The notes: generated by a model not told the origin, from the sequence alone. Shown: positions 24,264-37,176, counted from the stretch's first letter. The stretch: 45,857 nucleotides of DNA from Lenisia limosa (GCA_001655205.1 LPNZ01008289.1:1-45857), one strand, 5' to 3'. Made by a program: numbers and translations.

Positions 24264-27200
24264 CTATCTTCTCCGTTTGGTATCAATACACTTGGTTACT
24301 TTGCTGCTGTCGTTCTCCTTCTCAATTGCAATTTGTCTGTCGGACTGAAGGGTGAAACCAATATTATGGATACTCCCAATGTGGCAAATGTGCCCCCCCC
24401 CCCCTNNNNNNNNNNNNNNNNNNNNNNNNNNNNNNNNNNNNNNNNNNNNNNNNNNNNNNNNNNNNNNNNNNNNNNNNNNNNNNNNNNNNNNNNNNNNNNN
24501 NNNNNCAGTCTTATACCAGACCCCCACATGGGCTTGGAAGTGGCGCTGGTGCGAAATGGCGATGACCTGAGCCCGGGGGAAATACCTGAAGATAATAAGG
24601 GAAAATGAACTCAAAAGAACAGGCTTTGGGGCTCAGACTTTTCGCCTACTTTGGGACCAGTTTGCCGACCTCCGAGGCGAAGTACTCGTCCAAAGCTGCA
24701 TCACTTATGGGTGAGCGAGAAAGAGCGTCATTCTTACCATTCATCCAAAATGTATAGCGGCAAATGATCAGAGGCCTTGGCAAGAGCAAATAAGTAGCAC
24801 TGGCCAGCAAGCGTGCGCTGTCCACCGCTTAATGGTAAGTAATGCAATAGAGGCTCATTCATTATGCATGTGAGAAATATAATGAAAATGAATCTCACCT
24901 TAATTCTTGTAAACTGTCCTTCCAGCCTTTTGGGAGATATTCTGGCCTTTTCTGTTGTTTCTTTTTTGCTTGTGGCTCTTCATATTCTTCATCGTCTTCT
25001 TCTGACATTTGTGCTGTAACGTAAACAGAAATACGCTGTAGCCTTGGTGGCATTTCAACTCACCTGCGTTATTGTCGTTTTCATTTTGGTCCTGCAGCTT
25101 GCCTTGGCCCATTGTGTTACGGAAGATAATCTACGGTGTTAGCAACAATTGAAGCAAGACTCCCACCCATCAAAATACCTTTATCCCATCTTCGATTACA
25201 CCTGAAGGGTTGATCTTAACGAGGTCCACTTCTTTCGAAGGAACAAGCTGGACAAATAAGGCTGCGATTGAAGCTTATGACCTACAGAATGGTACATTTC
25301 AGAGAAGTCTCTCCGAACGTTTTGGAATGTGAGCTCATTGGCAGCTTTGACACAGTCCCTGGTAAGTCAATCGGGTTGTGATTGGCTCTCAAAACTGGTA
25401 AATGCAACCTGAAGCATCTCACCTTGACTGGTCAATGCCTTCCTTTAACAACTCCATGGAAACTTCCAATGTTGTGAACTGGACAGCGTTAACTCACAAA
25501 TCAGTCCAACCATATCCGTGTACTTCTTTGCTTGCAGAATGCGGTTCTCAAGGTCAGTGGTGTCGATCGTAACTCCTGAAGTCTTTTTCTTGGCTGCTGA
25601 TAATTCGGCAACCAGCTTTTGCTGCTTCAACTGCAAAGTCAATTCTTAAAATGCATATTGGATGTTGTTGTGAAACCATCAATACTTTCGCTAACTTTTG
25701 CTTGGTGCTTCGGGGCGTCATCAGGATGCTTGCTGCAGAACTCCTCAACGACTATTTGGGCTCTTCCAATGGCCACGGACCGATGACGTCTGCAGAATAG
25801 CTTGTACTCGTCTTTTGCCGTTTCAATCTGGAGTTGTTACAATTAACAACCAACAATTGTATCCTCCTACCAATGGGAGCAATTCTTGGGCTTGCTTCTC
25901 AAGAGATTTGGTGTTAGTATCTTTCAACTCCTACATGCCCTTTAGTACATTTGAAACAGTTGTTCACCTGTTGTAAGTCTTGCGCTGATTGTAATGACTT
26001 TTGAATAGTTTCTTCTAACGCTTTCACAAGGTCTCTGGCGTCTCTCTCGTTTCCTATCAATAAGCGGCTCTTGAACAGTGTCAAACCTTCCATTTCCTTG
26101 TGGTCTTCCTCAGCTTTTTCAAGGGCTGCCTCCAAGTCTTGCAAACTGACTGTCTCTCCTGAAATGTAAATTGGCATGGAGTAAAAGAAACTCTCTCCTA
26201 TGCATAGTATATGATATGATATTAAGAAAATATATCATAAGATATATGTATCATACCGACTTATTCACATATGATATTCGCTCTGTTCATATTCATCAAC
26301 GCCCCACTTTCATCGTCATTATCCTCATTCAACGCATCTTGTAGAGTGTCCAGCTGTCTGAAGGATAATAAGAAACTGTCGAAACGGGGGCCCAGCTTTA
26401 CCCGATCCTAATCCTACTCTTTAGATGCGTTCAATGTGGCTTCGAATTTCTCTGAGTTGATTGTGGCCTCTTTGAACTTCTTCTGTGTCACTTTGAGCTC
26501 CTTCTCGGCATTTTTGAAGCGTTTCTGCCAACGTCATTACCGCTCTCAACAGCAATTTGTTTACAAACCTCGGCCTCTTTGTGAATACTTCTGAAGTCTA
26601 TTTTGCCCTCTTCAAGGGACTAAGGAAGTGAAGCCCTTGTGGTAACTCAAACGAATAGCCTTCATGAATCTTTCAAACCTTCAGCTGCTCAATTTCAGAA
26701 TTGCTCTCTTGAATTTGGTTCTTAAGCTGCCGCAGTTCCTCAGCCAATGCCTTGAAGTGTGAAAAATGAGATCAGTGACGCGTCTCGTTACCACTCACAT
26801 ACCTGACCCTTGTTGATACTTGCCAGTTCAGTGTTGACAGCAACTGTTAATTCGTTTTTCATTTTTGATAAAGTACGGCGACAATCATTCTAAATTGTAA
26901 GAATAACATGAAAATACTATGAACGGTATAGTACATATCATATTAGTATGATCTGATATCACCACCCACAGATTGTTCAATTTCAGAGTGCAAGACTTTC
27001 AAGTCGTTTATCTTGAACTGTGTTTGATTATGGCCGCTTTGCGTCGTGTGAAATGCGGTTTGAAAGGACTACATCATTATTTCCCTCGCAAGACTCAGTC
27101 CAACTTGTCTGTCAATGGACTTTTGAATAATATTCTTTGTCACTTGATATCCACCAGTCACTGACGAACCTTAACTGTTATCAATCTGTTGTTTTTATTC

Positions 27201-30200
27201 TTCAGGAAACAAGTTTCAGAACCTACTCCTATGCAACCTTCCTGCAAGGGTAACCGCGCTGAGGTCGGGGAACTTGCGGACCACTTCAGCTGCAGTGCGG
27301 TCGTTACTCACAACAATATGATTTGAAATGGCAAGCTATTCAGGTTAGTCAACAGGTGGCTGTACATATGTAATAACTGTGTGGTCGCATTTCACAAGAT
27401 CCATCAAAAGAAAAACGTCATTTGGTAAAATCTGCTTGGCTTTGTTCATGGATCTGACCTGAACTGTCAAAACAGAAAACGGTGTCATAACTGCAACCCA
27501 ACTAACAATATCCTTATTTGCCTTCATTCTGTCAACACTCCAGATTCTAAGCCTTCTCTTCTGTCCGGTTGTTTTAATAACATGCATTCCTGCCTGAGTG
27601 GTAGTTGTGACGACCACCTTCACTGTTAAAGATAGAAGATTATAATTTTCTAAACTCTCCCGTAACAGTCATAACCCCATACTCTTGAGCTTGGTTTGAG
27701 GCAAATGTTGATGGCCGTAGAAAACCTCTGTTCAAGACCCAAGTCCGTGAAACGAATTACTTCAAACACCTGACCTGCAGTTGTAATATTTGTTTAGTTG
27801 CCAAAATACATAACTTTCAGAAGCAAGTCCCTATGACTACATAAACCTACCAATTATTTCATTTCCATACTTCTTCCGTGGTTGGGTCAGGTTGATTGTT
27901 TCTCTTTTAATATCAGCATCAACAGCTTCTATCTACATCTGTAAAGTCGATTAGGTTCAAACTTTGGATTTCAAGCTCTCCATTTGGTCTTCAAACTGGT
28001 TTCTCTCGCGCTGCAGCACCGAAATCTGTTCTGACACATTTAAATCTGTTTCTGCGGTGCACTTCATTTCTGAAAATATAAACACAAACAAATATGCCCC
28101 ACTGTCAACTTTCACTTGAATCTCTTCAATTTGACGCTTAAGCGTTTGCTGTCGATTCTGTGATCTGATTTTGAGAGAGAAAAGAATGTGATTGAAAACA
28201 GCTTCTCATATGATTATGAATAACTTACTTCATTATAGCCTGTTTAGAGTTCAGTTCTTTTGTTTTAAAAGTGGTCATTTTGGCCTTCATAAGTTGTTGA
28301 GCGGCAATGGTTTTTTTAATTTGGGCCTATTAAATAAGAAACATATGGTAAATGAAAACGAACATTGATTTGCGAACTATCAGACTGTTCAACAAGAGAA
28401 GTCATTGCATCACTGAATAATAAATAACACAGGACTCAAGACTAAGACAAACCGCTTATTTTTGAAGTTTTCAGCCGCCGTAAGCTGAGCGGACCTTGTT
28501 TCATCGACAGTGCTCCTATGATGAATAAATAAAAATGTTTAACCATTTCCACTAGTGAAATGATCATATGACCGACTTTCGAGTGAAAGTTAAAGAAGAT
28601 AATACGATGGTTTATCCCGAGTGTATCAATTGAGACATGTCCGTCAACAACAGTAGAGATGAGGTAACATATCACTACATGGAAAATGATAGTTCACACA
28701 TGTGAAAATGACCCAAAAGTGATATGATATATCGCAATGACAGTCTACCCCCCTTCATCAGGCTTACGAGGCATGGTCCAAATTGACTGAGTGCGACTCA
28801 ATTATTAACTCCAGTTCCCGAATTTCTTTAGTGATAGTCTGAAGAAGATATGTTAATACTCTCGAAATGAAGTCCGGTATCCTACCGCCTTTCTGGACCT
28901 GGAATCTTGTCGTTTTGTGATTGAGTGTTTGAGCGAGGTTTGTGCAACAGCAACTTCCTCGTTACTCTGCCGAAGTTCATTCTTTCGGGCTTCAAGCTGA
29001 ATATTTGCCTAAGAAATTAAGTAATGATTACATGGGGTAATAATATAAACTGTCCACAGGTTAAAAGTTCAAAGGCAACCTACTTGGGAGAAGTCCTGCT
29101 TTGCCTTTTCCAAAACAGCATTAGCCCCACAGAGGTTATCCTGAAGCTCAGTTCGTCTCTCCTATACACACCAAATAAGAACGTAAACAGTTGGCAAAAT
29201 CAATGAACAGAAATTTACCTTCTTGTTTTGGATTGTCTTCAGTTTATCAGTCCTTTTTTTGAGCAAGTCTTCGATTGCAGAATGCTTCTGTACCATTTCT
29301 TGACTTTCCACGTACTCGCTAATTTGAAGTACATCTCTCTCCAAATCTGACATTCTGAAATAATATTAGTTTTCTAACTACACACTTTTCCATTGCTGAA
29401 ATAATTTTCTTTTCCCTTTCAATTCTCTTTTCAAAGACTTTGAGTTTCTTCTTGACATCAGGAGCATGTTTAGCCCACTGCAACAATTGGAGTGAACTAT
29501 GCAAATGAGTACAGAACCGGTCTTCTGGACATACCTTGACTTGGCACTGTCATTGAAGTCTGTTGTTTGAGCGGCACTGCACACCATTGCTAAACTGGTC
29601 AAAAGACATCAATCTTGGAACCAACACGCTCCTTAGATAATTGACCTTACCGGCTAATTCAGTAGGTTCTTTGCTTGCGATTAAAATAACACTGTTTTGT
29701 TGAATCACAAAAGACCCCAAGTCTGATAAATGAAGATTTTTGAGGAGACTTCTGATTTGGACTTGAGTTTTGAGCCTGCCATTGACTTGGTGCTACAATA
29801 ATAAACACAAGTCTGAGTAATGAATGTTTTTTCTTCTTGTGCATGACATATTGATTTAAAAATAACCTTTGAACACTTCCTTTCAATACCTTCACAATTG
29901 GAGGTCCCTTTTCAGGTAAAGTGACTCTGGCTGAAATGACGTGAGTCTCTGGGGACTGGGTCTACAGAGTCAAAGTTACCTAAGAGTGCATCTGGTACAG
30001 TGTGAATATACAGTGACCGGAGTTAGTCCCGATTTGCAATGATTTCAGGAAAATACATACATTGGTCAAGACTTATCCCGGCCACTGTACATGTTACATG
30101 TACATATCATCTATACATTTCCCTTTTTGGAATAGTTCCTTACAATCGTGTTGAATGAGTCCACTTCTAAGGAAACCAAAGCCGATTTTCCTGGCGCTGC

Positions 30201-30627
30201 CCCAACCTAAACTATGAAAAATGTTTTCAGAGAGTAGAAATAGCAACCCGCTAGTACCCACTTTGTGAACAAGATCTCTTGCTCCAGAACATCTATAAAA
30301 AGTGAAGCTAAGAGACTTTCCTTTGACAAATTATCTTTCTCAAGGGATCATTTGTTCAAATACAAGAGAAGAGGAGACTGATACTTGTCCATCACCTTAA
30401 TTTTCTTGGGTCCTGGGTGAGGCAAAATTGGATGGCGTCAAGAATGTTACTCTTTCCTGCACTGTTCCGCCCTTTATCGTTATTAAAGAAAACAAGCAAT
30501 TAATCCAAAAAGTGTCCTTCCTACCAGTGACAACGTTGAAGCCCTTGCCAAAAGAAACGACATGGTTTCCCCCGAAAGACTTAAAGTTCTCAAGAGTGAG
30601 TGTCTTGACTTGGACCTTCGTCGCCAT
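24264..30627 (-). CDS. SMC-family ATPase, divergent SMC2-like (multi-exon)
   Basis: N-head MATKVQVKTLTLENFKSF...TGRNSAGKSNILDAIQFCL; long coiled-coil exons; hinge VKVVVTTTTQAGMHVIKTTGQKRRLRIWSVDRM...SAVTLAG...VTGG; C-head GWKDSLQELSGGQRTL, LYILDECDAALD, QVIAISH. Confidence 0.9.
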
Positions 30628-31074
30628 TGACACTGATTTACTGACTTATCAGACTTTTCTACTTCTTTGGTTCACAGACTTAAATTTGAGCAAGCAGGTT
30701 CAGGGCACTGTGTGAGGTGGATGGGCAAAGCCTGTTACGTGATTGATTCCACCGAATATAAGAATATGCTTGTTGTGCAAACTTTTTTCAAGCCAACACA
30801 GTCCCTAGGTGTGATCCCCCAGAAGAGCTCTTCAGATGGTGTCTGTCACATTTCTTATTTCGTAATTTTTTGCTCTGCCTCTCCTTTTGCCCTTTTGCTG
30901 CCTTTCGAGTGCCTTTCTCTTGCCCAACTCTTGCCTCTCTCTCTGCCTGCTGGTGTTTCTCCCTGGTGGTGGCAGCGTGGGTGGTCTTATTAATTTTAAA
31001 AAACCTTACGTCTCCCTCCCTCATTTTTTTATCCCTGTTCCTTGTACTTCTGGATCTGGTCACTGACGCTCAAA

Positions 31075-33527
31075 ATGAGTCAACTTAACAAGGAAGAAAT
31101 TAGTATGCCCCATTATTTCTGCCTTCTTTTATTGACTCCTTCAGGCTACTTCTCGCGTCACCTTCTCCTCCCGGAAGTGGGCACGAAGGGGCAACTCGCG
31201 CTCAGGAACTCCTCTGTTCTTGTGGTTGGTTTGCAAAGATAAGCGATGGAAGAATACACTATTATTATGGTTTCAGAAGTATGTTGACTATCAAATATTT
31301 CACTCTCCTTCTGCCTGGATGAACTATCACATGATTTACTTCCAAGATTGGAGCTGGAGGACTTGGATCTGCCTGTATTATGCATTTGGCTGGGAGTGGT
31401 TTTGGATCCATGACCATCATTGATTATGACGTTGTTGAGAGATCAAATCTCCATCGACAGGTGTGGGACAGGTTCAATACAGCCAATGTATGGAACAGAA
31501 ATGACCACCTTTGTTCTTCAATGTTATTACACTTCAATGTGCTCCCAGCTCCTTGAGAAAACTTCCATCATTTCCTAAATTTCATAGGTTATCCACAACA
31601 TTAACACAGTTGGGATGTCGAAGGCAAGGTCGGCAGCATCAGCAGCCACTTTACTCTGTCCATTGGTCAAGGTACGAAACATACTGTTTGTTTAACCACT
31701 ATGGTTGAACCAAAATGCCAAACATACCGACTTTGAGTAACAATATGTATCTGTATATTTCTGTATCAACCCCTTTTGTCCGGGCAGTCTACTTTTCCTT
31801 TTGGGATTTTCAGGTGGACGCTGTTGAGGATCCTTTTACTCCGGAGAACTCTTCTGAGCTTGTTTCAAAGTGGGTCAATGTCGATTTGATTCCCTTCTCT
31901 TTTTTTGTTCTTTCTTTTATATTTTCAGACATACGCTGGTCGTAGATTGTACTGATAATATTTCCACGCGATATTTGATTAGTGACGCGTGTGTTCGAGC
32001 TAACAAACCTCTCAGTACGGGAATATTTCATGAATATTTCATAGCATTCAGAGGTGCTCATTTTTTAGTTTCCGGATCTGCTCTCAAACTGCAAGGACAA
32101 ATTTCTGGTGAGCCTATAAAGTATAAGCAAAATGTTCAAAACAAGTCCCGTTGTGATAAAGCTTCATTGCAGTTCAATGTCTCATTGCCACAAACCGAGA
32201 TAACCCCTAGTGTACAACCACAACGGCAGCCCTTGTTTCAGATGTCTGCACCCTAAGGTTGGCTTCAAAACTACTCGCTTCATTTCACAATTTATTGGAG
32301 TACTAAATGAAGGGTTTTTTTATTGACCTTAAATTATGTTGAATTTTTTGTGTAAGGAGTACCGCCCCCCCCCCNNNNNNNNNNNNNNNNNNNNNNNNNN
32401 NNNNNNNNNNNNNNNNNNNNNNNNNNNNNNNNNNNNNNNNNNNNNNNNNNNNNNNNNNNNNNNNNNNNNNNNNNNNNNNNNNNNNNNNNNNNNNNNNNNN
32501 NNNNNNNNNNNNNNNNNNNTGAAGCAACCAAGGTCATTTTAGGCCTCGAAACTTTAGCCGGAAAGATAATGTCTTTTAACGCCAAAAACTCGAGTTTTCG
32601 AACATTCAAACTACGAAGCCGGCAAGTATGGAACATCAATGTGTAGCTGCAAAATATATCAATAATGCAATCAGATATTCACTCTTGTCAACTTAAAAAA
32701 GAAAAGAATCCTGCTAACGCCTTAGGAAAGTTGTCGGGCATGTGGGCAAAATGGACCTCTTGACCCCGTGTACGAGAACTATGTTGCGTTCTGTGGATCA
32801 ACTTTTGACGAAGATAACCACTCATCCAGTCTTACCCTGGATATGCAGTTCCAGATAACCCCTTTACAGGTTTGCTACATCACAATTTATTTGAGATTCA
32901 ATACTTACGATTTTGTGCTGTAAAAGTGCATGTATGTATACTACATAAGAATGAGAACCAAGTGAGTTATTCAGACTGTTGAGTCTAAAAAGCAACATTC
33001 AATTCACGGTTAATCTGTGCTCGTTTTGTGTTATTTTTTAAAACAATAACGTAATGTATTATATGGCTGCAGATTGCCGAGCTCAACCCCAGCACTTATT
33101 TATTTGTGGACGTTCGGGAAGATATTCAGAGGCAAATCTGCAAGCTTAACTCGGATCTTCGTGGGGGGTCAGATTATTTGGGAGGTTACTGGTTATTTCA
33201 GCTAACGTTTTAGATTTCCCTCTATCAATATTAGAAGAAAAAAAAAGTGAACTTGTGGAAGCCCTTTCGAATAAAATACGTAGGTAGTAAATGTTTCAAA
33301 TGTGGTGCTTTCATTTATTTGAGCAACAATCTTATATGCCATTTTCTCAGCGATTTTCTACTGCCGGCGAGGTATAGACTCGTCCAACGCAGTGAGTCTC
33401 GTGAAGGACTTACTACCCAACGCGAGAGTGGGTGTCTTTTCTTTGATTGTCTGATTCAACGATTTAGAATCTTCAAGGAGGGCTAACTTCATGGGCAAAG
33501 GTTCATCCTGATTTCCCTATTTATTAA
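31075..33527 (+). CDS. UBA4: UBA4/MOCS3 adenylyltransferase-sulfurtransferase (ThiF/MoeB + rhodanese; multi-exon)
   Basis: [73 protein letters not shown], rhodanese FVDVRE and YCRRGIDS, and a C-terminal [19 protein letters not shown]. Confidence 0.93.
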
Positions 33528-33959
33528 CTGTGTGGAACTTGTTTTGTCAGACAAGGTATGGCCTCTGTTGTTTTCCTTTCCTAAAATAAATGGAATTGTT
33601 ATTACAATCCGCAATCAGATCATAAGGTTTTGCCCTTCGAGGTCAATTGTTAGGGGGAATTTGTCCCCCACAAATCAAATAATTTGTAACAAGGGAATAA
33701 AAACTGTACATATCATAACTATTCATACATATCATATAATATATCATACAACTATATGCAATATGATATATATATTATATAAAAGCCGAATCAACAGCAA
33801 CGGTGATAGAAAGGAGAAATATAATTTTGATAATAAAAGCAGGTGGATCATGTCTTGTGATACAAAGGGAACGCAATCCAAAAAAAAAAAAAAAAAAACT
33901 ATGCGAAGTTTATGATCATGCAACCATCAGGCAATCAAGTTGGTTTTGTCAACTACATT

Positions 33960-34886
33960 TCACATAACAATGCAGCAACCACTCTTGACTTTATTCCTTC
34001 TCTCATAATGCTCGAGGTAGTTGAGTTGCCTCTTGTTCAAGGCCCCTCGTCCTAAAGCATTGTTATTCAATACTTGAATCAATAACAACAAAAAAAATTT
34101 CACGCCAAATGATTCCAACAGTGAACTGATGATAACAAAATTACTCAACTCTCCCGAGACGAGAGAAGTGTTTTAAAAAGCCCAGGCCAGAAAACAAACC
34201 CCACTTTTTTTGCGCACAAACTCGACCGCATCCAAAGCCTCGAGGCCATGTTCAACAAGAGCGATGCAAACCATCACAGGGGCTCTAAGTGGTGAGAACG
34301 ACAACCAATCATATGTTTTTTATTATTTGCTTTGAGTGATCTATATAATATTCAGTGTCAACCAAAGCTACATTCATTTTCCATCTCCAATAAAAGAAGG
34401 TCTGTACCATCAAGATTCAACTCAACAAGATGTCATGTTCCAGGTCAGCACCCACCTTCCAAGTCCAGCAACGCAGTGAACCGCAACAGCGCCTTCATCC
34501 GGGTTCCCATCGGCAAAGACTTTGCCAATGTTCTCCAGCCAAGAGGTAATGACATCTGCCGGGGGAGGCTCTCCGTCAGCGAAAGGAATGTCCTAAAACG
34601 GTAAACTTATCATGTGCTATGAAATAACTTGCAGAAAAGCACACAAGGCCCTCTAAGACATACCACTACTTCGATATCATTTTTCAGGACCTCTTCTCTT
34701 GAATAGCCGGGTTCACAGACTCGAACCAGAAGTTTTACATTGTTATCCTTCAAGTTCTACGGAAAAGTGAGGGATAGCGTACTGCGGCCAAACCTTAATA
34801 AAAAGTGGAAGAGTTTCGTTAGTTGGCTGGTCAGTTATTAAAAACCTCAAGCTATCATGAACAACAAGACTTTGACTGCGTGACAT
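33960..34886 (-). CDS. PTP4A: PRL/PTP4A prenylated protein-tyrosine phosphatase (multi-exon)
   Basis: MSRSQSLVVHDSLRFLITDQPTNETL, LLVRVCEPGY, IPFADGEPPP, catalytic VHCVAGLGR/APVMV, RGALNKRQL and a C-terminal CCIVM CaaX box followed by TGA. Confidence 0.93.
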
Positions 34887-35278
34887 TGTGGCTTGACGAA
34901 GGACCTATCCCATATTACAAACAACTGACGGTTCTGATAGAGGTCAAACTGGCGTTAAATACCGTTTAAGACCTCAAATAAATATAGGCAGGATAGNNNN
35001 NNNNNNNNNNNNNNNNNNNNNNNNNNNNNNNNNNNNNNNNNNNNNNNNNNNNNNNNNNNNNNNNNNNNNNNCTGTATACATCACTCACGTTTACTCACGT
35101 ATCACTCATAAGGAAAAATTGTAAACAGTTTGTATCAACAAACACAACATATTGTCTCGAAAAATACCATAACTTAACACTTTGTCAAGCCAAATATTAC
35201 AGAAAAAAAACTAAAAAAAATCTGCTAAACATCATCCAACGAAATATCGCTTGCCATCTTTGACCTGCCAAACTCAAA

Positions 35279-36540
35279 CGGCGTGTTTTCCTGAAGAGTG
35301 AACAGGCTACTTGAATAAAAAAAAAAAACGGTTATGATCCATTTCATCGTGTGATTTGGGCATATCATAAGATGGTATGTGATGATCTTCTATACGGAAT
35401 TTTTATTCGATTCAATGTACAGAACAAGCCCAACCTCTTGAGTGTTCTTGGGACGTGGCAATTGGAGAGACACAGATCTCGGCGCCATCATGACTGAAGG
35501 CGGTGCACTTGGCTGCATTGTTACGTTCTAAGAGGTGAATGCCATCATGGAGAGACACGACTTCAGGAAAACAAAAAGGTTCATTTCTCAACATACTGGT
35601 ACTTGAGATGGAGAAGGGAGCGCCATAGGATTAGCATTTCCCATTCCCTATGAGATGAGTGATGAAAATCATTCAAATGAAAACAAAACACAACAGACCA
35701 TCATTGGGGGGGCAAAATCCCTGGTCTTCCCATGAGGAGCCTGGAGTTGAGGCTGTCCCGTATGTTGCATTCCACACCCGTAACTGTGCATGTGCGGCTA
35801 AACAAAATATCAACATGAAAACGATAAAATATGATTTAGAACCCATGTGTTATTCACTCGAAAATACCCCCACACGTCTCACATTGTTTTGCTGGTTGTT
35901 GTGATAATTTCCCCGACCTCCTCGCCCTAAATTGTCAGAAAACCCGTCAGGTTCTCAGAAACAGGCTGGGGGTTGGTGAGAAAACAAAACAAAACAAAAC
36001 TCGAAACCAAAAGGATCATCATTCAACAATGTGTGGGAATAGTTCAGACAGTTTCTGTAAGGAAAGAGTATATGACACTTTTCTTTGACTTGCTATCATT
36101 TTCACTCAGCATATCATTTTGTTCACCAACCTCTTCTTCCTCTTCCTCTTCCTCGTCCGCCCTGATAAGAGTAACACAACATTATACATAAATAAACAAA
36201 AAAAAAAAAAAAAAATCCCNNNNNNNNNNNNNNNNNNNNNNNNNNNNNNNNNNNNNNNNNNNNNNNNNNNNNNNNNNGCTGGCGAAATCACCCATACTAA
36301 AAGGTTAGTTCTGTAAACGTCAGTCAACTCCAAGTAAGCACTCCACCTCTACCATACTGCCCATGCCTGCACCATATTAGCTCATGCCAACTGTGACTGC
36401 ACCATATTGCCGCCGACAAGAGGCATCAGCTTGGGCTCATGAAGAGGCCGTTGGACTGTCATCGTCTGGTATTGTCCATAGCTCATCTGCTGATTCTGGA
36501 ACTGGTCTAAATGTGGGTGAATTCCTTGCCTCTTCATAAT
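35279..36540 (-). CDS. Hypothetical low-complexity Q/P/G-rich protein with RGG-like stretches; exon structure uncertain
   Basis: Series of open segments flanked by AG and GT (QFQNQQMSYGQYQ, GRGGRGNYHNNQQNN, GMGNANPMALPSPSQVP, MQPSAPPSVMMAPR), ending in TGA near 35279. No domain recognised. Confidence 0.4.
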
Positions 36541-36620
36541 TATTTTTCTTCCATTGTACACATCACAGGTTTGAATAAATGCTGAAGCTTCTTTACCAAA
36601 CATTATAAAAAACTCTCACA

Positions 36621-37001
36621 CTAACTTTGTTGGGGCGCTGCATTGGAAAGGAATGCCCAAGGGTCTTGCATGAATGAAGGCTTGAAAAATGCTTGCTTAA
36701 GGTGATGAGGAAGACGGTTATGCCCAGCTCCTTCAGGGACGTGGTGAAAATTAAAGTCAGATTTCTTTTGAGGCTCTCCTCCTTCTTTCTTCGTCATATG
36801 CTTTGTTTGCTTATGCAGAGCAAACTTGCCTACTTTATTCCTTCCAGTATACACATACATATTCTCCTTTGTGACGGCTGGGGCAGCATTATCCGTACAC
36901 TCGAACTTTCTCGGCTTTTTAGGATCCGTTCCTGGTCTAAATAAGTCGGAAACACCATCGAACATAGGCGCAACCCTCTTTGTAGACTCATCCGGCTCCA
37001 T
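36621..37001 (-). CDS. 126-aa protein with an MPLKIP/TTDN1-like C-terminal motif
   Basis: Single ATG-to-stop ORF ending AFFKPSFMQDPWAFL, which resembles the KPSMLEDPW motif of MPLKIP. Transcribed divergently from RPS23. Confidence 0.5.
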   Translation of the reverse strand: MEPDESTKRVAPMFDGVSDLFRPGTDPKKPRKFECTDNAAPAVTKENMYVYTGRNKVGKFALHKQTKHMTKKEGGEPQKKSDFNFHHVPEGAGHNRLPHHLKQAFFKPSFMQDPWAFLSNAAPQQS

Positions 37002-37142
37002 TGAAACGAAACTATGTTACTTTCTATCAATAAATGAAGAGAGTGTGTTGAGAGTGTGTATTGTGTAATAGTTGTGTGTGGTGAACTATAACCTTCTTCA
37101 AAAAACTCAAATTACATGCAAAAAAAATCTAAATTCGTAATT

Positions 37143-37176
37143 TGAACTGAACTGATCTGACAGGCAGTTCAGTTCA
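37143..37176. promoter_or_regulatory. Perfect 12-bp inverted repeat (TGAACTGAACTG-N10-CAGTTCAGTTCA) in the divergent promoter upstream of RPS23
   Basis: Arms are at 37143-37154 and 37165-37176, inside a 245-bp head-to-head intergenic region. A regulatory role is inferred from position only. Confidence 0.4.

Noticed and set aside
24258-24608. Plus-strand ORF with a signal-peptide-like start
   Set aside because: It is antisense to the last SMC exons and interrupted by a gap, so it is a shadow ORF.
35260-35335. Frame LFTLQENTPFEFGRSKMASDISLDD resembling an FHA domain fused to PRL
   Set aside because: No phase-compatible upstream exon. The compatible frame ends the Q/P-rich gene with TGA, and the rest of an FHA domain is missing.
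36340-36410. TAA sitting in a Q-Y-G-like periodic frame on the minus strand (CAA TAT GGT ... TAA TAT GGT ... CAG TAT GGT), suggesting TAA=Gln or readthrough
   Set aside because: SAM50 and UBA4 end in TAA and RPS23 in TAG exactly at their conserved C-termini. The TAA also lies in a CTAAT branch-point-like word just before a CAG, so an intron explains it.
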